A DNA stretch of 64,000 bases from Sarea resinae (lineage: Eukaryota), in NCBI GenBank assembly GCA_026026165.1, contig JAPEUD010000018.1, positions 248,001 to 312,000 of the forward strand, given 5' to 3'. The translations under genes were made by a program, and so were the position numbers. Positions 34,496 through 48,200 of this stretch are shown here, piece after piece. Below the pieces are notes generated by a model. It saw only the letters and a program-made list of their open reading frames with translations. It had not been told where the DNA came from and did no database searches. Within the stretch, counting starts at the first letter, position 1, and every line of letters starts with the position of its first letter.

Positions 34496-36010
34496 TCAAC
34501 AACGGTCTAGATCTCTGCGCCGGGACTGGCCAGGCCCTCCATCTCTCAGACTTATAGCATCCTCAAATCTTTTAGCCAGGTTCAACAAGCCAGCATCGTT
34601 GCAGCACCCAGCTGTGAGCGTAATACTGAACGGCAGCGGCCTACTTTGATGGTTCCCACTACCCTCGAGTATATTATACGTGCCAGCTGGTACTGACACC
34701 GCGGGCAGGTCTAGCACGTTGGCGAACTGGGTATATGTGCCCAGAATTGATCCCATACGGATAGGATCGGCCAGAACGTCAGAAATCGTGAAATGGCTTG
34801 GCGTTGTAGGCGTAACAATGATGGCAATTTCATCTTCAGCGTCCCCATGCCACTTGAAAAAGGGCCCCACATTGCGGATCAAAGTAGCTTGAGCATGGAG
34901 GTCGCGAAAAGCCTGGATGGCAGTGTCGTTGCGAGCCAAAGCCTCTTCGAAAACCTGGCGAGTGACAGGATGAAAATGCTCGAGTTGAGTTTCAAGGAAG
35001 CCGTCTGGAAGATCAGCTATGCGTTCGGAGAGAAAGGCACCACCATAGAGCAGTCTGCCCGCTTCTTGGATGTCATCCCAATTGATAGATATAGAGGGAC
35101 TCAAGCTTTGTTTCCCACCAATAGCTTGGAGTATGTCGACTGCCAAGTCAAACATCTGGCGGTAAGCTGGAGAGCAGGCCTCCAGTAAACTCGACGGTGG
35201 GATGACGAAAAGGAAATCTTCAGCCGGACGGGACGGATGAGCAGATCCGCGAAAGCCCTGCTTTGAGTGAACGTCCTTCTCGTCATGCAGCGTCTCCATG
35301 CACGAATGCCACACCCTTATAGCATCATCAAGATTCCGTGCTAGTATGCCTACGCAGTCCAATGATGCGCAGGCCGGTGTGACGCCGCTGGCAGAAATAA
35401 GACCTTTGGTAGGCTTCAGCCCGACTACACCGTTGAAAGCAGCAGGCACCCGCACCGAACCTGCAGTGTCGGTGCCAATGGAAAATGAAACAAGATCAGC
35501 ACCCACGCTGACGGCACTACCACTAGAGGAGCCGCCGGTAATGTATTCTTCACTATATACAGATCGAGGGATGCCGTACGGACTGCGGCAGCCCGTGAGG
35601 CCGCTGGCTAACTGATCCATATTGGTCTTGCCAATAAAAAGCGCACCTTGTCTAACAAGTTCTTCAAAGACGGTAGATGATTCATGGGGTGAGCGGGTAA
35701 AAGGCGGGCAAGCCGTGGTGGTAGGAATGCCGGCAACGTCAATGTTGTCTTTCAAGCTGAATGGCACGCCGTACAAAGGCGGCAGGGAGTCTTTGTTTGG
35801 AAAGTGGGTGGGAAGGATTCGTGCAGCTGAAAGTACAGAGGCTTCTGGGACACGGTAAATCCACACTGCAGGATCACGATCGTGATATACTCTGATCCTT
35901 TCTAGGACCGTCTCAGCAATCTGCACTGGAGACGTGCCATTTCTGTAGAGGGCTGCCAAGGAAGAAATGTCCAGACATGGCTGCCAAAGCGGAGCCGGTG
36001 ATGAAGCCAT
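34496..36010 (-). CDS. Stand-alone allophanate hydrolase-like amidase-signature enzyme (AtzF / Dur1,2 amidase-domain type)
   Basis: Intronless 504-aa ORF. Catalytic triad motifs LYGVPFSLKDNIDVAG, GGSSSGSAV and GTDTAGSVRVPA; allophanate-hydrolase-type PTTTACP, GKTNMDQLASGLTGCRSPYG, LLYGG...ER and LGTYTQFANVLDL. No urea carboxylase domain. Confidence 0.88.
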   Translation of the reverse strand: MASSPAPLWQPCLDISSLAALYRNGTSPVQIAETVLERIRVYHDRDPAVWIYRVPEASVLSAARILPTHFPNKDSLPPLYGVPFSLKDNIDVAGIPTTTACPPFTRSPHESSTVFEELVRQGALFIGKTNMDQLASGLTGCRSPYGIPRSVYSEEYITGGSSSGSAVSVGADLVSFSIGTDTAGSVRVPAAFNGVVGLKPTKGLISASGVTPACASLDCVGILARNLDDAIRVWHSCMETLHDEKDVHSKQGFRGSAHPSRPAEDFLFVIPPSSLLEACSPAYRQMFDLAVDILQAIGGKQSLSPSISINWDDIQEAGRLLYGGAFLSERIADLPDGFLETQLEHFHPVTRQVFEEALARNDTAIQAFRDLHAQATLIRNVGPFFKWHGDAEDEIAIIVTPTTPSHFTISDVLADPIRMGSILGTYTQFANVLDLPAVSVPAGTYNILEGSGNHQSRPLPFSITLTAGCCNDAGLLNLAKRFEDAISLRDGGPGQSRRRDLDRC

Positions 36011-37921
36011 GAAAACAGATCAAAAGAGACTCCGGATTGCTAGCCTGGGAACGAAATCACACGAAGGTAGGAATCAGCTTCGACAGGGGCCTAACAAGGC
36101 GTGGAAAGGCTTCAATGTGCCATTTCTTCATAGAGATAACAAGACATGCAGAGACATTCATCTGCCTTCAGCAACACAAGATAGAGGAATGCAGGATCTA
36201 GACATTCATGTTCTCAACTGGATGGTTGCTGGGCCCGGGTGAGCTGTCGGGCATTCGCTGCCGACAGGACGATGAAGCCAGGTACCTTATGAAGCTATTC
36301 CGAATACCTTATCCTGACGATGAAGATGCAGCTGAGCACCTGACTTGGCCCATTCGACGACGACACAACGTCATGCCGGGGAACAGCCCGTCCAGTCCCA
36401 CGACCAAGGTCGAGTCCTCGGAGTAGGTAAGGTAAGGTGGTCTCGAGTCGAGAAAGGATCTGGGCCCCTCGCGGGTTATTATGTAAAACGGATCCCCACG
36501 AAGACGGAGATCAGGCAAGATCGGGTAAGGGTGGGGCGCGGAAAGTGGTACTGCGAAGACATGGAATACCTGAGAGGACCCGGGACACAAGTCCTTCGCC
36601 AGAGGAGATACCATGGTGGAGGTACAGCAAGGCCAAGTAGCGAGCAGGTGTCGGCTGCTGCGATCGGTACTTCATCATCATCCTCAGAGCCACCAGATCT
36701 CGGACGACGACTCTGGAGTAGGTGACACGACTGATAATTAGGGAGATGGGATTGGCTCACATGCGATCCTTATCTCGCATTAGCCGACGGTGGCTCCCCT
36801 CTAGGCGTACGACGGAGCACGGCGTCGTTGATGGTGGAAGTCCCCCACCTTCATCCTGCGGTGAGGAACGGGCCAAAAGGTGAGGTGAAGTGACTTGGGG
36901 TCCCAGTGGCATCCAGGAACCAGAGTGACCGCTATCGGTCGCCCTTTTCCTCCTTGGGTCGCGTGCTGTTGCTCTTATTCAGGTGTCTGCACTCTCTCAG
37001 GTAATGATATCAGATCTGAATCTCGTCTGCACCCAAGGGGGCATTTATCTTACGTCTTGGGAACTCGAGAGGAGTAAGAGATGGGCGTTGGCATGCCCTG
37101 GCCCATCAGCCTCTGTGCCCTTGGGCTCCCCCCCCCACCGGCCCGTTACCGGCTCGGTCGGTGACCGCCCCTTCGTCCTGTGTCGAGCACCAGTAGACCC
37201 AGACCCTGATCCATTCGCCAGCGAGAGTGCTATCATCTATCTGTCTGGATCGAGTAGTCCTATCCTCACTCGTACCTAATAATAATATCATCTCTATCTT
37301 CTGCATATCTCTGCGACAAGACTCTCACTCCCTTTGGATCCAGAAGTGCCAATTGCCAACCACCAACCGCCAACTGCCATCTGCCATCTGCCATCTGCCA
37401 ACTGCCTACTGCCTATAGCCCACCCCCTCGGTGTCCTTGACTTGAAAGCAAAGACTTTCCTGACCTTGCTCACTCCTCCGCCTACACTTACACCTACACC
37501 TCATTCCACTGCCTTACCTGTCATTACGTTAAGAACTCCCTCCGGTCCCTCTATCTGCGTATCTCCGTGTATGCCAGGTTCGTGACAAGGGCAATTGGAG
37601 CTTGCAGCTGCGATGACAGCGAGATCCCTTCGTTATCTCATCCTCCTCCAATCTCTGGCGGGCTCATCCAGCGCCTAAGACTTTCCTTTTAACTCCTCGG
37701 ACGACGCCGTCAAACGCCTGTGACCTTGCCTGGGCTTGCCTGGCCTTTCGATAAGACTTCGCACTCACGCTGCACGACTCAGTTCGTGGGCCACATACGC
37801 ACACCAGCGGCCTTGCAGGTTGCGGATTTGCTTCTTCGAGGAAGCAGACCTGTCACATCCATCTCCAGTCGCCTGCGGATTGGCGCCCTGGCTGCACATC
37901 TACTTCGAGGCATGATCGAAG

Positions 37922-40268
37922 ATGACAACCGCAGTAGCCTCTTATTCCCCCATCGCCCAGCCAATTCCAGTCTCGATCGCCTCTGCACGTCTCGGTCCCA
38001 AGCCCTCAATGTCGAGCAAGGAGGCTCCGATAAGGCCCAATGATGAGATCCTCGCGGCGGCCGACGCCGAAGCCACCAACGCTCGAAGTCGGCGGGATCG
38101 GCCATGCGACGCTTGCCGAAGACGCAAGAGCCGATGCGTGATCAACGATGGGGCCAAGAGCTGCGTCATGTGTGATTTCCACGGCCAGGATTGCACGTTC
38201 GTGCAGGAGCCTCAGCCCAGGAAGAGGAGGGCAAATCCCAATGTCAAGGAGGAGGAGCCGTCGAAGAGAAGGTAAGCTGAAGCTTATGGTCCCCCCCGCA
38301 CACTCTTACGACATCCCTCTGATCCCCGCACCATTGCAGGTCCCCTGAAGTTTCTTCACACCCGAAGCCGCTACAAAATGCTGCGGCGGCACCCTCTCCG
38401 AAGACAGAGGAGCCCGAACCGACCGCCACAGAAGATGTGCCACCACCCACGAAGTCCCTAGGACTCCAACCTCATGCCCATAGTAAATACGTGGGGCGGA
38501 CCACCGAGCTCGAGCATGCTTTGCTAGATCTCTGTGACTTTGATTGCAATGATGAGAGTACCCTCTCTTTTGGTACCCTTCGACGAGTCAGCGACAGCGA
38601 CACCTTTCTGATGCTTCCGGATAAGGAAACTCACAGTCATGAGGACGAAATTCGCGATCTGGAAGCCCTTGAGAGCATCGTCGCACCCCATGGGCCCGAC
38701 TTGGTGAAGCTGTACTTTCGGATCGTGCATCCAAATTTTCCCATCCTGCAAAAGGAAGTCTTCCTAGAACAATATTCCAAGCCCGAAAAAGAAGTCAAGC
38801 CTGCTTTGTTGGCTGCGGTCTATATCCTGGCGCTGAACTGGTGGGCACGTGAGCCCAATTTAGCTTCTCATCCGACTCCAGAAGTAAAGGACCTGGAAGC
38901 TATTGCTCTGAAATGGATCGGCGATGTCACCCAACAGCCAAAATTCTCCACAGTGCAGGCGGGACTACTGTTGCTGCAGCGTCCGGAAGTCGAGCTATGG
39001 AACATATGTGCCCAACTCTTGGCCTTTGGACAGGAGCTAGGTCTCCATCTCGACTGCACGAGCTGGCGGATTCCGACCTGGGAACGTGGGCTCCGGAAGA
39101 GGCTGGCCTGGGCGTTGTATATGCAAGATAAATGGAGTTCGCTGGTTCAAGGTCGGCCTTCACATATCTCGGCCGCCAATTGGGCGGTGAAACCTCTGGT
39201 CGATGAAGATTTTTCCGAGTCCATGGCTGAGGATGAAAAGGATGACGATACTTCGGATGTATCAAAGGGGAAGACCCTTTTCAGTCAGATGATCGACCTC
39301 ACGCGTATCCTCTCGGAAGTCTTGGACACTTTCTATACGCAGAAGGCGATCCAAGAGGTCAACAGTGCGGGTCGAGAAGGGACGCGACTCATCCTTGAGC
39401 GAGCAAAACCAGTCCAGATCAAGCTCAAGGATTGGTTCTCACGACTGCCAGCTTGCTTGAAGATGGATAACGTGCAGACGGGTAGGCTGTCGGCGACTGG
39501 TAAGTGACTGCAGAAGGAGGGATCTTGGGCCATATACTGACTTTGCCAGGCTATCTGCATTTGGCGTATTTCGCAACGGAAATTACCCTGCATCGACGCA
39601 TCGTCCGGTCTCTTACCTCGAGTGGAACTGATCCGTATCTGGTGCATATCTGCCGCTCCGCTGCGAAGACTCGTCTGATATCGGCCATGGACTTTGTGAA
39701 CCGGCTCCGACCAGAGCATCTTCAATCCTTCTGGTACTTCACATCCAAAGTTAATTTCACGCTGATCGGCACCTTTGGAACTCTTCTGCGAGCTACGGCG
39801 CCCGTAAAAGAAGAGGCCGAGTTCTATCAGACGAGGCTGAGGGAATACCGATGGACGCTCAGCGTCAGCAGCAAATCCGCCAAATTTCTCGACTTTGCCG
39901 TAAGTAGACTGATTGCTTCGTCGGCCGCGCTTAGAAACATGCCGGAAAAGCCGTCGCTTTCCCTCGAGGCGTCCTTTGTTGGCGGCCCGCCGAGCATGAT
40001 GCACATGAGCAAGACCATCTCCCCCCCAGGAGAGGGAGAAGACGAAGACATGACGGATGTGCCTCCCGGCGTTGCATTCGACATCTCCGGTTCGGCTTTC
40101 TCGATGCCTCCCGGTCTCTCGTCCGAGCTCATCGATCCTTCGTCTGGCCTGGCGTCGCCGTCTACCTCGTCCACCAGCAGCGCGGCTCCATATGAGGCGT
40201 CGATTGGGCCGTTTAGCAGCCATGGCACCGAGGGATCTGTGGATTTTATATCGGGAGGGTGGGCATAG
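37922..40268 (+). CDS. Zn(II)2Cys6 transcription factor, Dal81/TamA family
   Basis: Exons 37922-38271, 38340-39499, 39550-40268. RDRPCDACRRRKSRC...CVMCDFHGQDCTF; YFRIVHPNFPILQK; ELGLHLDC..WRIP.WERGLRKRLAWALYMQDKW; GYLHLAYFATEITLHRRI. Cannot distinguish the TamA orthologue from its paralogue. Confidence 0.88.
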
Positions 40269-41026
40269 TGAGTGGTTTTGTCTAGTTAGGAAATAGTTAA
40301 TTTTGCAAGGATATGATGCGATTGTTCGTTTGTGTGGTGTGCTGGTAGGGATCTGTTAGAGCATCATCGCGTGGGGGGCTGGGGTGGCACGGAATGGCAC
40401 GCTGGTATGGACATCTCCTTTCACTCTACATGCAGACATGATGATCCTCTCTCCCTCTACTCATCGTGTATGAAGACGGCCTCTCTGACGAGAGTGAGAG
40501 CGCTCATTGTGAATAGACACGAGCGATGTCGGATCGGGGCATTAAAGTACTACCGACTTTGTTCTCACATGGAATTACATGCATTAACCGTGCATAATTA
40601 AGTCACTTCAGATCAGATCAGATCAGAGCAAATCCAATCCAATCAAAACGAAAACCTGGTCAGCAGTAAAGAATACGCTTGTGGGCCATTGTCTTCCTTC
40701 GTCCCTCTATCTGTTGTTCGTAGGTAGCTTGGTTATCGATACCACCCCGCAGCAGGGATGTTGCTTTGTATTTGTTTTCGTCTCGCGATTCTGCCATCCT
40801 CACCCGCCCCCGATACCGGCGCTCACGTCGAGGTATCAACACCACGCCAGTGTACTCAGGTAGGTCGTCTACGAGATATAAGAAGAGAAGACGGAAGCGG
40901 AGCGTGCTGTTGTGATGAAGTACATTGAATCTCGAGCTCTCTCTTGAGTGAGATAATATCAAGGCAGTCGGACTGTCTGGTAGAACGCAGACTGAAGCGG
41001 AAGAAAGAGCTGATAGGAAAAGCAAG

Positions 41027-42264
41027 ATGACGTCTGCATGTCCGCCGTCGTTGACGGATAAATCAGCAGCACCAGCAGCACCAGCAGCACCAGCTGTAGA
41101 GGCTGAGGCGCCGAAACAAGATAACTGGTCCGCAGATGTATAGTTTCAGCTTCTTTTCTTTTTCCTCCTTCTCTTCTACGTTTTCCAAAACGACATCTCT
41201 TCCCCATCCCCAGTCCCTCCGCTCATGTCTCCTCATCAACCCCCCTCCTTCCTCCCCACCGCCATTTCCGCCTTTCCCCCACAAACTAACACCCCCTCCA
41301 CACACAGGCCTACCAGAAATCCGCCTCCTTCGTGCCCCAGCTCGCCACCAAAGCCGTCGCCCTCCTCTCCCCGGCACCCCACGACCGCATCCTCGACCTC
41401 GGCGCCGGCGACGGCCCGCTCACGGCGCAAATCGGCGCGCAATGCGCCTACATCCTCGGCCTGGACGCCTCGCCGGCCATGATCGCCGCCGCCAAACTCG
41501 CACACGAGATCCCGGGCCGGTGCGAGTTTCGCGTGGCGGATTGTCGGTTCTTGGCGCGTGAGATGGGAGTGCTGCTGCCGCTGGAGACGGAGACGGCTGA
41601 GACCGAGGGCGACGCGGGTGCCGCCAGTGCTGGTGCTACAGCCGGTGCCGGCGCAGCTGGGGACAGCGACAGTGACGGCAAAGCCACACAGGCCCCCCAC
41701 AGCGAAGAAGCCTACGACAAAATCTTCTCCAATGCGGCCCTGCACTGGATCCTGCGCTCGCCGCCCACGCGCGCCGCCCTCTTCGACACCATCCACGCTC
41801 TCCTCAAGCCCAACGGCGTCTTCGCCTTCGAGCTCGGCGGCGCCGGCAACATCGCCGAAGTGCACGCCGCCCTGGTCAGCGCCCTGATCCACCACGGCGT
41901 CCCCGCTGCCCGCGCCCGCGCCGCCTCGCCGTGGTTCTTCCCGTCCGAGACCTGGATGCGGGCCGCGCTGATCCGGGCCGGCTTCGGCGACGTGCAGCTC
42001 GAGACCGAGTACCGGCCGACGCGGCTCCCGGAGGCGGAGGCGGAGGGGGCCGGGCTGGAGGGCTGGGTCAGGTTGATGGGGGCCGAGTTTCTGGCGCTGG
42101 TGGAGGGCGAGCGCGCGAGGGACGGCGTGGTGGCGTTTGTGCTGGAGGCGTTGAAGGGCGTCGTGGGCAGGCCCGAGGACGGGGGCGGCGAGGGCGGCGA
42201 GTGGTTGGGCTATGTGAGACTCAGGGGGCGGGCGACGAAGGCGGCGGCGGGAGCGTCGTCGTAG
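41027..42264 (+). CDS. Class I SAM-dependent methyltransferase (trans-aconitate methyltransferase-like)
   Basis: Exons 41027-41137 and 41308-42264 join as DNWSAD|AYQKSASFVPQL; motif I RILDLGAGDG; LGLDASPAMI; YDKIFSNAALHW; LKPNGVFAFELGGAGN; C-terminal LGYVRLR. Confidence 0.88.
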
Positions 42265-43104
42265 GCTTTGCCGATCGATTGCCCCTTTGCCCACTGCCAT
42301 GGTCATTGCTATTGCTATGCATGCATGCCACTAATGCCTTTCATGCCTTTTTATGTCCTCCACAGTAGTCTTCCATACTATCCTTCATCTTCTACCTTCT
42401 ATCTTCTAGGATAGAAAAGAAACGTCTTCAAACCAAACGAGGTCTTTTGCTTATGTTATATCAACCACTATGACCGATCGATCTATACACACTGGCGCCA
42501 TCTCCTTTCCCTGAAGCAGTCATTTGAGGCCTCCATACACCATAGCTTCAATCAGAAAGGGCCACTTGAAAAAGCCGCATCAAATAGATCATTTAGTACT
42601 CTTCTCTCCCCGCTAAACAGGCCCACCCATTCATAAGATGATTGACTGCCATTTTTTCCATCTCATCAGACTAAACGACCTAGGTAACATGAAGAAAAAA
42701 AGACTCCTGGGAAAGGATGAGCCGCTGACGTCATGTCATTCCATGCCATTACCAACACCACCACCTGCCCCCTTTGGCACGAATGCAACGCCCGTGATGC
42801 GCGGAGTACAAGACGAAGAAAAAATCGAAAAGATTTGGACACCGAGCCTGCTACCCGCCAACCCAATGCAATCCTCTCCAAATGCAGCCAGCCATGCCAT
42901 TATGCAATCTTTACCATCCATCCATGCATTTATTCATGACCGTAACATCAACATCTGATGCATGCACGCCGGACATTCGGGAGTATGAACCACCACCACC
43001 ACCACCACTAGCAAGACCATGCAAGCGGGGACGGACTGTGACCACAAAGACCATCTCCACCATCATGTCTCCCTGCTCGCAGTCGTGATGGGTTTCCATG
43101 CCAA

Positions 43105-45286
43105 TTACATCACCACGCACTCCTTTTCTTCTTTTCCACCCGCACCCTTCTTGAGCTTCGTTTTCGGTCCCGCAGCTCCAGGATTACCCGTCTCTCCCGA
43201 TGCGGCGGCTTGAATGACGGCCAAACGTTGCTTGGCGCGCTCGTCGCCTTCACTCGCTGCCTTGACGTACCATACGTTGGCCTCCAGAGGGTCGCGTCGA
43301 CATCCGATGCCCATTTCGGTAAAGTAGCCCAATGCATACTCTGCCTTGGGGAATCCTACGAGAAGAATTAGCAATCAGGTCGTCACCAGTACTCATGCTA
43401 AGAAACACACCTGTTTCCGCAGCCTTCTTCGCCCACTCATACGCCTCATTCTCATCCTTCTCAAGCACAGGCTCAGCGCCAACCATGTACCAAGCACACA
43501 GAGCCATCATAGCAGCCGGGTGGCCCTTTTGCGCTGCGCCATTGTAGAAGTGAACACTGAGAGCCGGATCCCTTGGACAACTCAGCTTTCCGTGCTCATA
43601 GGCATCACCCAATCGATAATTGGCTTCGGCATGACCGAGATCTGCAGACTGAGTGAACAGCTGAGCAGCATAAGACTCGTCCTTGAATATATCGTCGCCA
43701 TATCCGGATTCATGCAGCACACCCAATTCATAGGGCGCGGAATTGTACTGGAAATCGGCAACCTCGGTAGCACGTTTGAGCCACTTGATCCCCTCGCGAT
43801 AGCGATTGGTGAGACCCATGTCGCCCGTCAGGCAGGCCTTTGCGAGACGCATCATAGCCCCGGGATGGTTCTTGGATGCAGCTTGACGGTAGAATTGGAC
43901 AGCTTTGGCCGGATCCTTCCGACTGCCCCACCCGTATTCGTAACAGATAGCAGTCCGATAGCCAGCTTCCGCATGACCATGCTTACTAGCTGCAACGAAC
44001 AAACCAAAAGCTCTATCATAGTCTTCCTTTCCTCCCTTGTTGAAGAGGCCTGAGGCATAGCCATCCGCCAAGTAATACTGCGCAAAGGGATAGCTCCGGT
44101 CGGACAGTCGCTGAAGAATGTGTCGTCCCTCCTTCAGCAGCTCCGATCGAAGTGCTGCAATATCAATAGGATCTTCTTCCTCTTGACCCTGGCCAGGGCT
44201 TGGCTGTTGAAATACCGAAGAAGCGTCATCTTTCGATGCCCGGGCAGCCAATTCCTGGGCAGTATTGATCATGAAGACGGCAAATTCATACTGGACCGAT
44301 AGGTCGTTGGTCTTTTTAATGTTCGCTCGATACATATCCAAAGTCTTCTTTGTGCCAAGCAGCGATGCCTCAGTCCCAACCGCTGTCCGGAGATGGGTGT
44401 CGTCAAAACTTGTCGGTACAGGAGGCGCTTGTGGATATGGAACGTTCAGAAGCTCGACATATGACGTTGGCCGGGCCTCGTTCGCGGAGAGCCCACGAGA
44501 AGAGCTCCGCAACCCTCCCTGCAGACGAGGTGAAGGTGTTCGTCCTCTCGAGACCGATCCGAGCGAAAGGGTCGACGCTGGTCGCCCCAAGGACCTGAAA
44601 GCAGGTGAGTTGCCATTTGGAGATAGATGCTGGCCTGTGAGGTCACCACCAGCAGAAGAAATTGGCGAATTCGAATTTGACGAATGATTGGTTCCAAGTG
44701 ATGCTCGAAGATCTGTTTTCAAAGTAGGACGCTCCTGGTATGACTGTTGATAGAACTGTAATTGTGGAGCCCCCCCAAGGCTGACGCCAGATGAGTGTTT
44801 GTAAGTTGGGTTGCCATTCCAGCTTTCGTCGGCTTTCGGCGAGTCTGAGCGATCGTCATCGACCGATGAAATGATACCGACTTGAGGCTGTAGTAGTGAC
44901 CTGGCATTATTCGTCGAGTATTGGTCCCTGAAGGGAATTGTGTGTTGTGGAGGCGCTGGGGCGCGATGATCATCACCGATGTTGACATCGTGCGCGTCGA
45001 GCTCGCGAGATCCAGAGGCGCGACGGTGATCGAAAGAATCCGAGAAAGACTCAATGGTCGCAGATGAGGCTTCCGGATGGCTTTCCTCTGACGGAAAATT
45101 GATCTGGACAGGTGACAGAGGCGAGTCTTGAAGTCGTGCCATCGAGTAGGACGGAGCGGGCAGAATTATCCGTGGAGACGTACTTGGCGAAGGTTCAGCG
45201 ATGTTCTCTTTCGACGACTCTCGATCTCCATACCTCGGGGCTGAATCCTTGACTTGAGGCTGCTCTTGAGTAGCAGCGGTAGCCAT
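43105..45286 (-). CDS. CHS4: Chitin synthase activator Chs4/Skt5 (SEL1-repeat protein)
   Basis: Exons 45286-43411 and 43355-43105. TLDMYRANIKK, PFAQYYLADGY, ASKHGHAEA.YR, AASKNHPGAM, LCAWYMVGA, KAEYALGYFTEMGIG. Ends in CaaX box CVVM. Confidence 0.95.
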
Positions 45287-48200
45287 GGCTTCAGGATCGC
45301 AGGATGTCCGTAAACCAGCACGAGCGACTTGGTTCCAAGAGAGTTGTACGCAGCGGCAGGTTTCTCAAGCCTCAAAATGATGAACAATGGTCTTTGATGC
45401 AGGGTTCACCAAGCTGATCTTCCTTGCACATGCGTCAGAGCGAACCAACAGTGAGCGTGCCAGGTAGATTATGAAGGTGGGCGATTGCTTCGAGAGGAAG
45501 AGAGCGAGATCAAGCTACCGTGAAAATCCTGGACGTGTCAAATGCAGTGAACGGATTCAAATGTGCTCTTCGTGTCTAGAAACTGCCGGAATGTCAGCCC
45601 CTATGGTGGTATGACTGTGCTCCTTTCCGCACTTGGTCGACAAACTTCCTAGGACTGTTGTCATGGACGTAACGGCGCCCCTTCCCGTGGAACGACTTAC
45701 TTAGAAATTACCGACTCTCACAGTCTTCCGCAAATGTATATTGGTGTTCCCAAGCCAGCTCCAACTCGGAAATATTCAAAATCGAGGCACTGATTATACC
45801 AAGCACGCGGTCGTCAGGATAGCTCGCCAACCGCCCCGGAGCCCTCTAATGTATTCGAACGTCTATCCAGATCCAAGATTACGGAAATGTTCAGCGAGGG
45901 CAGAATCCTATATGCAGACAGTCGAGAAGGATTGCGATGGTTCCCCTTGTGACACGAGCATGAGACGTCTCTCCAGTCAGGTAATTTCGCAAAAAGGCCG
46001 TGGGCGTCAAGTGTGAAGGCTGATGCAAACAGGACGTTCAATTTCTTCCACGGACGTCGAATCGGGCTCCAATACCGTTGTTCGGTCTGTACAGATCGGA
46101 CGCACTGTGTGGGCGGTGGTCACAGCCGCAGGGAAGGTCCAGGATCAGGTCCAAAAGCTGCAGCTGGAACCTTGTGGGGAAGATGCAGAGAAGCACGGAA
46201 CCCAGCAGAAGAGGATGACGGAGGGCTGGGCGAGGGGTCGGCTGTGTCACGAACCGGCAGCTTAAGCGTCCCAAGCGTCTTCTTTCTTTGTTCACCGATG
46301 CCGGTCACAAACCCAAGCACACATCGATCTCGATGGAGATGAGAGTAGACCAGAAGGCGGCAAATGGAAGATGGAGTGAAGCTCTCTCGGATTGGACACA
46401 GGAGGGTAATGGTGATATTTTTGGGACCAGAGTGGGGGGGAGTGCTCTGTTAGCATTGGATGTATGTGGTAGGAGGTAGTCAGGTAGGCAGGTGGGAGCA
46501 GTATCAAACGTCAAAGCAAACTGATGCCACTACGACACCACTCGACTTCTCCCTGGGAGGAACGAGTAGGCAACAGCAGCAGCACCAGCAGTGGCAGCCC
46601 AGCAGCCCAGCAGCCGCCGCCCACTGACTAATGGTACGGTTGGTGGTGGTATTTTACAGCATCGTATTGGTAGAGTCAGGCATTGGTGTTCGAGACTGCG
46701 CGCGCGCTAGAAAGAAGATTCCGTGCTCGATGAAGTACTACTCTTGGATGACTCTAGCGGAGCGAGCGAGGGAGGAGTGTGGCGCACCGTGTACTCGGAG
46801 TACTATGAGTATGTAGTAGAGTACGCCTCTGTACGGAGTAGTGCTCCAGGTGTGTGCTTTTCGCTGCGATTGCGACAGAGAACCACCTCAAAGAACAGCT
46901 GGAGATGGATCGGATGCGCCCACACACCTTTAGCGCAGGGGCCCAGTCGCCTTTGGGAACCGCCCACGTTGTTGGCTCGCATTTACTTGCCGATTTCTCA
47001 GCTCTTTTCGTACGACACGACCCTCTTTGTCTCTACGCACCTCCAACGGGCGCGAACCAGGTTGAAAGGAGTAAGAAAAAGCGACAAGCCGTCAACAGCG
47101 TCCAGTCGACGTCGCCACGCCCATGCCGTAACATCAGTCCCTGAGTCGGGATGCCGTCGGTGGGCGTGCTGTCGAACGCTTTTCACATTGGCGACTTTTC
47201 TTGAGTGTTCTTATTACATACGCGTTGCGAAGAGTACGTAACGGCGATCGATCTCTTAGCACGGGTGGGTCTCGTCGCGGCTTGACCGCAAGGGACATCG
47301 CTTTTCAGAATTGTGAGAACAAACGCCGGCCAAATCCTCGGTGCGGGAAGCGGAAAGAGATGAAAACTGGGGCAATGAATCCACGAAGGGAGCCCATAAG
47401 GCCATTTCCCCTGGGAGGAGACGAGTCATTCTAGACCCTCTTTGCTGTTCCTAGGGCACTAGGAAACATCTTTACGGTGACCATCACTTTCCCTTCTACC
47501 CTAGGTCTCGTCGGTCACAATATAAGCATGCCCGTATTCCCACTGCAACAGCAACAACATCATCATCATCGTCATTATCGATACGGAGGTCCCACCGTCG
47601 CGAACTTTGCTATCCTCTGCAGTTCTCGAGCTTCACACGATTGGCCGTAGTCAGTGAATAGCTTAGTAGGATGACCCGGGACCGAAAATCCCTCTCGGCA
47701 CCGGACCAGCCGGAACATCGTATGTTTCACCTGCTGGAGTAGATGGAGAAATTCGGCTGCATTTGTATTCTAGAGGATGATCGGATCTGAAGGTGCCCAA
47801 GGGGAGAGACAATGGCCTCATTTCGGCCACGATATTTAATTCCTTTTCATCCCAATTCCCATTCCATGAGCATGAAGATGGCCAGGGATCATGAGTATTG
47901 TACATACCTACGGTACTAAGGTATTCGATAGAAGTCCGTACGAAATCACACGACGTCACCCATCTCCGAACGGTGTCGGGGGAGAGGGGCCGACCCATGA
48001 CGATGTACGAGAAGAGGCAAGGATCATCCATTCTTCCTCTGTGCTCTTCAGGGTGGTCAGGCTGGCGCCATGCACAATCGCCATCTGGGATCAGTGGATG
48101 CTCGCAGGCCGCACAGGGTACAAGCAAACGCCGTACTACGCCGCGAGGGAGGTGTCTCCGCAGCAACCAAGTGCGGCCGACCCTTCCAAAAATAACGGGA

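Noticed and set aside
36208..36760. Small ORFs between the amidase and the transcription factor
   Set aside because: No recognisable domain or consistent splice model; treated as shared promoter DNA.
26369..42264. Secondary-metabolite cluster (aldolase, transporter, amidase, TF, methyltransferase)
   Set aside because: No backbone enzyme (PKS, NRPS, terpene synthase, DMATS); the genes fit primary carbon and nitrogen metabolism.
41236..42306. 356-aa antisense ORF over the methyltransferase
   Set aside because: Antisense shadow of a GC-rich coding sequence.
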